Source: Octopus bimaculoides | Lineage: Eukaryota | Length of the DNA stretch: 37,478 bases | Reading direction: 5' to 3' | Assembly: GCF_001194135.2 (NCBI RefSeq) | Contig: NC_068982.1 | Coordinates: forward strand, 117,351,558 to 117,389,035 | Shown: positions 1 through 9,329 of the stretch, one piece after another | Layout: every line of letters starts with the position of its first letter | Numbering within the stretch: position 1 is the first letter of the stretch | Position numbers and translations under genes: made by a program | Notes under the pieces: model-generated | The model's database searches: none | Told to the model about the DNA's origin: nothing | The model's input: only the letters and a program-made list of their open reading frames with translations

Positions 1-273
1 GAATGTGGAATCTAAAAACAGAAACAATTCCTATCATAGTAGGTGCCTTAGGTATAATAAAAAAATATTCAGACAAATACATAACAAAAACACCAGGACT
101 TACAAATATATATAACATACAGAAAATTGCACTACTGGGTACTGCACACATTCTACGCAAAACACTTTCAATACAGTAAACATAAGAGCACCACAGCAAA
201 CCACAGCACATACCCAAGGCGCACAGAGCTGCGCTCGGTAGCGAAGTGAAAGCACGTTATAAAACTACTGAAC

Positions 274-345
<72 letters not shown>

Positions 346-371
346 AATAATAGCAATAATAATAATAATAA
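1..371 (+). mobile_element. 3' end of an R4/Dong-clade (REL-endonuclease) non-LTR retrotransposon with 3' UTR and (AAT)n tail
   Basis: Frame 3..179 reads MWNLKTETIPIIVGALGIIKKYSDKYITKTPGLTNIYNIQKIALLGTAHILRKTLSIQ*. IPIIVGALG and ALLGTAHILRK are the typical C-terminus of R2/R4-type REL ORFs. The 3' UTR has a GCGCA-cagagc-TGCGC hairpin (219-234) and then (AAT)n at 274-371. Confidence 0.88.
274..371 (+). repeat. (AAT)n microsatellite; retrotransposon tail and/or target
   Basis: Directly visible, with a few AATGAT/AATAGC interruptions. Confidence 0.98.
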
Positions 372-2253
372 CCTCCTATGGAAAGTATTAACAGGTATCC
401 TCCGGGAGAAAATATATACGTTCCTTGCGGAAAACAATCTTCCGCCAGTAGAACAAAAGGGTTGCCGAAAAGGAACCAACGGCACCAAAGACCATCTTGT
501 GATAAACAAGGTTATAATGACGAACTGTAAAGGGACCAAAAAACTTATGCATGTCCTGGATAGACTTCAAAAAGGTTTACAACAAGTTGCCGCATTCATG
601 GAGTTTGGAAACGCTCGACATTTTATAAAGAGCTGGGAACGTGTGTGCGCTGATTAAGAACAGCATGCCTAGTTGGAAGACCAGCATTTAGCCGAGGTAA
701 CAATCAAAACTGTTATCTTCCAAGGAAACTCTTTTTCGCCTCTCTTATTTGTTATAACCTTGATCCCACTTTCTGTAGTTCTACGTAAAATGAACTTGCA
801 TTATGATCTAAGGAAGAACGGACCTCGTCTCAACCACCTTCTCTTAATGGATGATTTTAGAATGTTCGCAAAACAGAGCCTGGAATGGAAAGGCTGGTTG
901 AGACTGTGCAAATGTGCAGCAAGTATATTGGGAGGGAAATTCAGTATCTCTAAGTGTGCGGTGATTACTTTGAAGCGGGGGGAAATAGTAAATTGTAGGG
1001 GCAAAGATTTGCCAAAATGAGAGATGCCAGACTGGAGTACCTGGATAATGATGTGTACAAGTACCTTGGGATCCTGTTAATGGACAATATCTTGCACAGT
1101 GAAATGAAATACAAGGTCATCATTTCATATTGCAAGCGCCTCAAACTTCTCTTGAAATAAAAGCTCAGCTCAAGGAACCTTGTTACTGCCATCAACATAT
1201 GGGCTGTTGCTGCAGTCCGCTATAGGGCACACATCCTGATATGGACACAAGCGGAAATTGACCAACTCGATCATACTACCCGAAAGACAATGACAATGCA
1301 TATTGCCCCCCACCCTAAGGCAAATTTATACACATACTCCATGAAGAGAGGTAAGGGTGGATGTGGGCTAATTAGCGTACGCGAGTGCATGAACATAAAA
1401 GGAGAAACGTGGCAGGATATTATGTATACAACAAAGAAGACCTGTTACAGTATCCTACCAGTGCAGGAGGAGTTAACAAAAATGGATTTGAGAGCGGTCA
1501 TGAATTCTGAACAAGAACAGCCAGTGAGGGAGAAGAAAACCTCCTCCATATGGAATTTCATAATCATTTCCACCGTGAAACCAACAAAATTAAAAGAGCA
1601 GGAAGCATCTTGGAGGTGGCTCGACAAGGGTGACCTAAAAAGAATACTGAAAGCCTAATCATTTTGGCCCAGGACCAGGCGTTGAATATCAATTCAGTGA
1701 AAAAGAATATATACGACACAAGTGCATCGGACATCTGCAGAACGTGTGGGAAGAGAGTCGACAGCATGATTCACATTGTTAGTGCTTGTGAAAGTATTGC
1801 GCAGAAAGAGTACAAGCGTTGACACAACAAAGTAGCTCAAAACCTCCACTGGCTACTACGCCGTAAGAGTGGATATAAGGTTACGGGTGCTTGGTACCAG
1901 CATACACTGGAAAAGATAATGGACGAAAAAGGGAAAGCAAAAATCCTCAGGGACTTTGATTTCCAAAGTGTTAGAATACCGAAGGTCGGATATAGTAATC
2001 TGCAGGAGGGACAAACAAGAGTGCCAACTAATCGGCGTAGCAGTACCAGGAGATCAACATATCATCATGAAAGAAAGAGAAAAAGTTGATAAATATGGAG
2101 ACTTGGGATTTGAGATCGCTAACATGTGGCAGCTACAAGAATCGAACATAAAAGTTATCCCTATTGTCATCGGAGCATTGGGTTCAATAGTAGACACAAT
2201 ATCTTCAATCAACAACTTCACGATATTGTTAACTGTGTGACGTCTATAATAAA

Positions 2254-2325
<72 letters not shown>
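372..2325 (+). mobile_element. 5'-truncated, decayed R4/Dong-clade non-LTR retrotransposon (RT + CCHC + REL endonuclease)
   Basis: Across frameshifts and stops: LLWKVLTGIL..EQKGCRKGTNGTKDHLVINK (RT start), WIDFKKVYNKLPHSW, IFQGNSFSPLLFV, LNHLLLMDD (YMDD equivalent, ~841-855), YKYLGI, RGKGGCGLISV, AQDQAL, CRTCGKRVDSMIHIVSAC (C-x2-C-x8-H-x4-C, 1736-1789), HNKVAQNLHW, RRSDIV..LIGVAVP..KVDKY, IPIVIGALG. Ends in (AAT)n. Confidence 0.92.
2254..2325 (+). repeat. (AAT)n microsatellite tail
   Basis: Directly visible at the 3' end of the element at 372-2325. Confidence 0.98.
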
Positions 2326-2327
<2 letters not shown>

Positions 2328-2829
2328 AGAAAGTTATCTATGGGAAATCACATCGTAGCTGAGATATAAAAATCTATAAACGTCTCAAAGTTGTAGCAAA
2401 CATATGAATAGAAAAGGCTTACACATTTTTGAGGAGTGCTGTTAAATGAATATTCTATCATGTGAATGCCTACAACAACTTGACGCTACTCTCAAAATTC
2501 TACTTTTACCAGCCCCTAATCCACCGCTAGTCATGTCAAGTAGCACTCCAATCAAAATTCTGTATTAATTGCCACAAGATAACTGATTCTCTGTTTAACG
2601 CCGCTGCATCTGCAGTAGCTAACACAACAGGCGTAAATCTGTCTAAAGAAATCGGGGGAGACAATATCAGGACCCCTCTGCCTTCTAGTAATAATATATG
2701 TATAATACTGTGAAATTATAGCAGTGAACAAGTGAATAATAAGACAGGACTATAGTAATAATAGTGAAAATATAATAGTGAACAAGTAAATAATTACCCA
2801 GATTGATAATTACCCAGAATAATTACCAA

Positions 2830-3850
2830 GTGGTGTTATGAAACCGTCGTGTCGTCGGCGACTAAACCAGCAATCCCACTAAGCTTGCTTGGTACGGATG
2901 GTGGAATTTCGACACCCTGCGGGATTAAAAGCAAACCCCAGTAAATGTCAGAAGAACTCAGAAGAGTCCATGGGCATTCCAAAAACAGGTAGACAGAACT
3001 CATTATCCTTGGTTGATACAATAGGAAGAAAGACTCTGATTTAAAACTGGGGTAGATAGGACTTCTTAGTCACACTGGCGATAACTTGTCGGTATCCAAC
3101 AGCTCTATGCCTGCAGATAGAGTTGGATACAAAAGAAAGAACAAGCAGAAGGTAAAAAATCATAATGGCGTAGGTGAGATTGTGAGAAACAAAGTTAAAA
3201 AGACATTTAGGACAAGTTGATAGATTGAGAAGATGGGAATTACAGAATAAAAAAGCACAAGAATAATGCTGGAAAGAATATATAGAATAATAGATAAAGG
3301 TTATGATGTGATTTTGGAAGAACTGAAACAAAAGTAGTAACAGTCAAAGCAAAACTGGAAAGATATGACTACAGAGAAAGACAGTTCAGGCAAAACAGAT
3401 TAATAACTTTCTTTCCACTAATGTGGAAACTAATGCCAGGGGCTTTGGCCGGTGAACTGTACAGATACTTGGAAAAAAGTGGGCTGATACCCACTGCCGA
3501 AAGAGGAGCCGAGGAACGAAGGATCAGCTCTTAATTATCAGGAACTGCAAGAGAACACTTACAAATAATAGAAATGTATGGAGTAGCAGAGTATATGAGA
3601 AGCCTTATATGGAATAGCATTGAATAATAGTTGTGACGACACGACCAGGTAGCGGAAGTGCTACATTGGAAACTGTGCGAAAAGTGGGGGCTAGAGAGAG
3701 GCAAGACGTGTTATGAGCCCAAAACAAAGAGAGTGGCGGTGTCGGAGACTAGCAAGATCCTCTGGAATTTCCCAATACAAACAAATCAGGTGCTAGAGCA
3801 TAACAGACTAGACTTAGTTGTGGTAGACAAGGTGCCTCACCTATGCTATA
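2830..3850 (+). mobile_element. Internally deleted R4/Dong-clade element (N-terminal region, RT start, REL region)
   Basis: Patches: KGYDVILEELKQK..VKAKLERYDYRERQFRQNRL (~3297-3400), FPLMWKLMPGALAGELYRYLEKSGL..RGTKDQLL (~3410-3540), IEMYGVAEYMRSL (~3578-3620), then RHDQVAEVLHWKLCEKWGL..KILWNFPIQTNQVLEHNRLDLVVVDK (3637-3830). Bases 2830-3100 are included only as a presumed 5' region. Confidence 0.75.
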
Positions 3851-3927
3851 TATCAGGTCATCTCATAAGTTCTGTCCGAATTTTGAATAAAGAAAACAAG
3901 TGATCGAATGTTATATTTAATTAAAAT

Positions 3928-4095
3928 TTAATCCTCAATGTACTTTCACTGATTATCTATGACTTCCTTCCATCTATTTACAAGCTTTATAATCACATCA
4001 ATGTAAAAATCTTTTGGTTTCAAAGCGAAGAACTCTGAAATGTCAGTTTCGACCTCCTCCTGGCTTGCGAAAGTTATGTCCCCCGAAGTGGATGA
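3928..4095 (-). mobile_element. Fragment of a Tc1/mariner transposase C-terminus
   Basis: Minus strand reads TFASQEEVETDISEFFALKPKDFYIDVIIKLVNRWKEVIDNQ*KYIED*, matching the mariner C-terminal pattern F..FF..K..DFY..GI.KL..RW..VI.N.G.Y..D. Confidence 0.8.
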
Positions 4096-4099
4096 ATTC

Positions 4100-4820
4100 A
4101 TTGCCCATATCATCCACTTTATTGCAGATGCGGCACAGCGGAGACAGCTACTCATTCCTCAGGTTAACCTTCCAGTTCGTGGCCACAGATTGGTCTTGCG
4201 CCGCCAGTTTAGTGTTCTTTGTTTATAATTTTAAGGTTTCTCTTTTAAGCCCATTCCACCTTCATTTTCCAGTCATTTCTGTTGTGGCTACATGTAATTG
4301 ATTGTGTAGCCGCTTCTTGCATAATTCTTTTTCATGTCCATTTTGTATTTTTTCCTTCGTTGTCCCTTTTTCTCTGCTTTCAGTACTCCCTTGTTCCTAA
4401 ATGTCACTAGCAAGGTTTCCTTAATTTGGGCTCGGTATCTCATTAAGCTCTCGAGTTCGATACGCACGCAGTCTTCAATACTTATCAGTCCCCTTCCACC
4501 ATTTGCTCTCTTCCTGTATAGGCGATCAGTGTCTGCACGTGGATGATGGGCTCATGTTTCTTAGGATATTTCTTGACTTACTGTCCATCTCCTTTAGATC
4601 CTACTCTCTCCACTTCAGGATTCCAGCACTATAACGAACTACTGCGTGTTTATTGACTAAATTATATTTCTGGTATTCAGCTTTGAAGCCAATATTTTTC
4701 TCACTCATCGCAGGTACTCTCTTTTTGTCTTTTCCTTCATGTCATGGTGTTTGATTCCATCTACATCAAATATTTCTAGGTATTTGTAGCTGGATTGATA
4801 TTGAATTGCCTTCATCATAA
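4100..4820 (-). mobile_element. Inverted internal segment of an R4/Dong-clade element (RT C-terminal half to CCHC)
   Basis: Minus strand, with frameshifts: SYKYLEI (4777-4788), RYSAGILKW, ADTDRLYRKRANGGRGLISIEDCVRIE, AAQDQSVATN, PLCRICNK (CRIC at 4124-4135). Confidence 0.85.
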
Positions 4821-4861
4821 TACGTCTTGCCTCTCGCAGTAGAGCTGTTGCAAAATGTTTA

Positions 4862-5012
4862 CCCCCTTGGCACGGCCAGAATAATCAGGAAAGTATTAGC
4901 TAGCTGAAAAGAACGGATAGCATGGTATCGTAGGCTGCATATAGTAAGCCCGCTACTCATTCAAGACCTCCTCCGCGAGCCTCAACAAAACCTGTAATAA
5001 AGAGATAATAAC

Positions 5013-5086
<74 letters not shown>

Positions 5087-5110
5087 CAACAATAATAATA
5101 ATAATAATAA
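4862..5110 (+). mobile_element. 3' terminus of an R4/Dong-clade element with 3' UTR and (AAT)n tail
   Basis: LGTARIIRKVLAS* at 4866-4907, about 100 nt of UTR, then (AAT)n at 5005-5110. Confidence 0.82.
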
Positions 5111-5764
5111 GAACAACAATTTCTGTATCATCAATGATTTAGCATAATGGCAACTAGTTATGACATTACAGAACACACATACATGAACGCGTTCATACGC
5201 ACGCGCACATGAAATGACACTTAAGCCAAAATTATTAACGAAAGTAATTAATTTTAAACTCAAATGTATATTAAATGTTTTCCTCTTTTTATTGAAATAA
5301 ACAGAAACAGTGTCTAAAAGGCTTACCACCATAATAACCATTTGAATTCCTTATGAGTGATGAAGTATCAAATGTATAAAGCTATACTCATAAGATTGAC
5401 CACACATTACAAATCAAGATACCAGTGTAACGCAATTTTTATACGAATCAATAGAGTGGCGCACAATATGCTAAGAATAGCAATAAAATCTATATCAAAC
5501 GACATCTATCTCCTGAAAAGTGAATATGAGCAAACTATACTTGAGATCAGATACTTGAGATCAGAACGAAATATTTATTTCTCACTTGAATGGCTTCATA
5601 ATAATTCTCATCTATAGCTGGCTTGAACTGAACAACAACAAACACAACAACAACAACCTCTTCATTATCGACAGCATCAACAACAAAGATTTAAGAAAAC
5701 AAAATGTGTTGTGTGCACGCTCATATTTTGATCAAAATATGTTGCTAATATATAGTTAGGGTTA

Positions 5765-5961
5765 AGTCCTTGAGCTAGCAGAAACGTTAGCACGACAGTC
5801 AAGATGCTTAGCGGCATTTCGTCAGTCTCTACGTTCTGAGTTCAAATTTCGTCGAAGTTGATTCAGATTCGACAAAATAAATACCACTGAGCACTACGGA
5901 CGATTTATTCGAGTTGGCCCCCTCCTCCAAAACAGCTGTCCTTATACCAAAATTTGAAACC
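5765..5961 (+). mobile_element. tRNA-derived SINE copy (array A, unit 1)
   Basis: A-box-like GAGCTAGCAGAAACGTT, B-box GAGTTCAAATTTC, and the 3' end CTTATACCAAAATTTGAAACC shared with the other copies in the window. Confidence 0.82.
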
Positions 5962-5978
5962 AATATACAGCTAGAGGT

Positions 5979-6191
5979 TAAAGCAGCAAGCTGGGAGAAT
6001 CGTTAGAACGCCAAGAAAAGGTTTAGCGACATTTTGTCTGTCTTTACGATGTGGGTTCAAATTCCGCCGAGGTCGATTTTGCCTTTCATCCTTTCGGGGT
6101 CGATGAAATAGGTACCAGTTGAACGCTGGGGTTGATGTAATCTATTTACTCCCTCCCAGAAAATTCCAGGCCTTGTGTCAAAATTTGAATC
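5979..6191 (+). mobile_element. tRNA-derived SINE copy (array A, unit 2)
   Basis: B-box GGGTTCAAATTCC, core GAGGTCGATTTTGCCTTTCATCCTTTCGGGGTCGAT, 3' GGCCTTGTGTCAAAATTTGAATC. Flanked by CAATATACA(G/C)CTAGAG at 5961-5976 and 6191-6206. Confidence 0.88.
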
Positions 6192-6459
6192 AATATACAC
6201 CTAGAGTGAAAGATAAGAGCCGAATATAGAATGATTTGATTGCCGCTTCCACTGTTACTATTGCATAAAATTTAACAACTTCAGCCTGATTAAATTAACA
6301 CCAATATAAATCGTAGTTACCGAACAAACAATCAATAAGAGAAGTGGAAAATGTAAAAAGGAAACCGAATTATGCTTAGATCTTTTTTCTTTTTTACCTC
6401 TTTGACCCTCGCTTTATGTCCCTCTTTTGTTACTTCTGTCTTTTTTATTTATTCTCCAG

Positions 6460-6509
6460 GATTTCTGCAGTTCTATCTAGAGTTCAGGACAAACATAGAA
6501 TTGGATAAA
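6460..6509 (+). other. Candidate internal exon of an unidentified host gene (FLQFYLEFRTNIELDK)
   Basis: Long polypyrimidine tract (about 6380-6457) ending in CCAG|G, an open phase-1 to phase-0 frame, and a possible donor AAA|GTTAGA. I recognise no homology. Confidence 0.25.
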
Positions 6510-6960
6510 GTTAGAAGTATCATATGATGATTTGAAAGCTTATGTCCCAAATATGAAACAGCTGTTTTATAAGAATTCAGTGTCCAAAATTGGTCAGAAA
6601 AACAGATCCAGTTCTACATCTGGGAAATTAATTATAAAGAAAACTAATAAAAAAACCGAAATCCTGCGAGGTAAATTAGTAGAGACAGATGAATTTCCAA
6701 TAATGCTCAAATTCATTGTCATGTCGGAGAGAAAAGAGAATGGCAAGTTTAAATAGAATACTATATATTAATCAAATACTAATATTATTTAAACTAAATA
6801 ACCCAAATAAGTAATATATATGTGACTGTGTATACTCAGACACATCCAAATTGTGTTATGTTATTTAAAAATATGTAAGTGATAAGCGTGTCTGGATAGG
6901 AGAAAATAAAGTGTTGACTGAAAAACATTATATATCCAAAATTGCTGAGATTCTGACTTT

Positions 6961-7069
<109 letters not shown>

Positions 7070-7548
7070 CATATGTGTGTGTATTTGTGCGTATAATTAG
7101 TTGTGTGTGTGTGTGTGTAAGTATCCATGATTATGCATATTTGCACGAAGACTGCAACTCAGAGGTCGTATTCAATTAGAAAGCCATTGTAAAAATATTT
7201 GCTGTAGGAGACTAGAAGCATGTTAAATCTAAATAGAAACTAATGCAAACATGAACAATATCAGCTAAAATTATAACTCTGCCCATTCTTCCCAATGCTC
7301 AACAAATATCAAATGTTGTGAAACCAAAACAGCAAGATGGAGAGACACTAATGATGTATTATGAAAAATAGAATATAATTTAAAATACGACTATGAAATG
7401 CAATAGCGTGGCGTTGACATACACATCGAAAACTCAATGACGTCAGGCAAATGAGAAATGATTTACAAAGATTTTCCAACCTAAGAAATCCAGGTCCATG
7501 CTAACATAAAAAGTATCAAATACATACGTACACACAGATAGAAAAAAC

Positions 7549-7631
<83 letters not shown>

Positions 7632-7640
7632 TAGATAGAT
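7549..7640 (+). repeat. (AGAT)n/(AG)n compound microsatellite
   Basis: Directly visible; the AGAT part is the reverse complement of the tract at 6961-7069. Confidence 0.98.
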
Positions 7641-8182
7641 AACGAAGTTGAATATACAAATATAACAAGAATATTTAATGTCACTTACTCAACAATAAGT
7701 CACAATGTTTCTGCTTACCCATTCTAACATTTAGAATATTTATTACATCAACGTCACTTAGTTGGATGATTTATACAATGAAACCTATGCCACTATCATG
7801 GCATAAGAACCAAGAACACTTATAATAATCTTATATTACAAAATGATACAGGAAATGAGAAATTCGGATGGGTAGGTAGTGCCATTCTAGAGAAATATTC
7901 TACTTATTCATATAGTGAGACTAACATATATTAACACAATATTATAAAGACATATTCATTCTGACAGAGAACGAAGTCTAGCTAAACATAATTTTAAAAT
8001 ATTGAAGAATTTAACGAAATATGTGATAACGAAATACAGATAACTTTAATTTGGGGTTAAAGAATGATTACATTGATAGAAGTAACACACACATATTATA
8101 CAGAACATAAGCATACTGTTCTTGTGTATGGCACAAAGCAATGCCCAATATTATACAATTTAAGTAATCAATTAGTCTAATT

Positions 8183-8399
8183 ATTGGTTTCAAATTTTGG
8201 CACAAGGCCAGCAATTTCTGGGGATGGGATAAGTGGATTACATCGACTATGTTGCTGCACTAGTGATAATTTTATCAGTCCTGAATGGACTAAAGGCAAA
8301 GTCGACCTCGATGGAATTTGAACTCAGAATGTAAACATAGGCTGAATGTCACTTAGAATTTCGCCCAGCAAGCTAAACGGCCTGCTATCTCACCGTCTT
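8183..8399 (-). mobile_element. tRNA-derived SINE copy
   Basis: Plus strand ATTGGTTTTCAAATTTTGGCACAAGGCCAGCAATTTC...GGCAAAGTCGACCTCGATGGAATTTGAACTCAGAA is the reverse complement of the copies at 5765 and 5979. Confidence 0.88.
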
Positions 8400-8707
8400 A
8401 ATAAATGGAGATATTAATGAGTTTAGTCATTTGATAGATGTAATGCCCATTCCTACATTGCCCAATTTGCCATCTCATATTTTAAGGCATAAAATTATGG
8501 TTTGAGTGTTTGGGCACTAAGTTCAACTTTTTTTATATTTTTCCAACAAATATTAAATGTGAAGTCGAAACTTCGTAAACTTTGAATATAAAACACTTAA
8601 AATGTCATAAAATGCATTATCAACCCTGATAGCAGTTACTACAACGTTTCACTCCCAAATTTTATAACATAAACCGTTATACTTTTCACAAATGGTTCCA
8701 ATATATT

Positions 8708-8863
8708 GATTTCAAATTTTGACACAAGGCCAGCAATTTCGGTGGAGGGATTAAGTTGATTATGTCGACTCCAGTGAAAATTCGAACTGAGAACCTGAGG
8801 ACGAACGTAATGCTACTTAGCATTTTACTCGTCGCGTTAACCATTCTGTCAGCTCACTGCCTT
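8708..8863 (-). mobile_element. tRNA-derived SINE copy with internal deletion (array B)
   Basis: Same head and tail as the other copies; the central CCTTTC..GTCGAC block is missing at about 8776. Confidence 0.82.
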
Positions 8864-8884
8864 AAATGAGGCTTCTAATATATT

Positions 8885-9099
8885 GGGTTTCAAATTTTTG
8901 CACAAGGCCAACAAGTTCGAGAAAAGGGATAAGTCGATTATGTCGATTCCAGTGTCCAATTGGTGCTCATTTTATCGAACTCGAAAGGATGAAAAACAAA
9001 GTCGACCTCGGCAGAATTTTAACACAAACGAAAAGACGGACAAAATGCCGCTAATTGTTTTACACAGCATGATAGCGATTCTGCCAGATCGCCACCTTA
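8885..9099 (-). mobile_element. tRNA-derived SINE copy (array B)
   Basis: TTTCAAATTTTTGCACAAGGCC...AAAGTCGACCTCGGCAGAATTT...CGATTCTGCCAGATCGCCACCTT. Confidence 0.87.
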
Positions 9100-9116
9100 G
9101 ATCGTTCGGATTCATT

Positions 9117-9329
9117 GGTTTCAAATTTTGGCACAAGGATGGAAAATCTGGTGGAGGGTTTAAGTCGATAAATCTCGGACCCCATAGTTCAAATGGTATT
9201 TATTTTATCACTCCCTATAAGATGAAAACAACGTGAATATCGGCACAGTTTGAACACAGAACGTAGGCAGACGAGAAGCCGCTAAACATCCTATCCGTTG
9301 CGTTAACGATTTTACCAGCTTGCTGCCTT
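9117..9329 (-). mobile_element. tRNA-derived SINE copy (array B)
   Basis: GGTTTCAAATTTTGGCACAAGG...TTTGAACACAGAACGT...CGTTAACGATTTTACCAGCTTGCTGCCTT. Confidence 0.85.

Noticed and set aside
168-539. 123-aa poly-Leu ORF, and the similar poly-Leu/Ile/Asn ORFs at 2126, 4982 and 21001-23269
   Set aside because: Translations of (AAT)n/(ATT)n microsatellites, not proteins.
2830-3040. Possible HDV-like ribozyme at the 5' end of the R4-type element
   Set aside because: Only short local hairpins are visible, and I could not build the nested double pseudoknot by eye. An Infernal or RNArobo search would settle it.
5765-6191. tRNA genes
   Set aside because: A/B-box-like heads continue into the shared SINE body, with no acceptor stem or complete cloverleaf.
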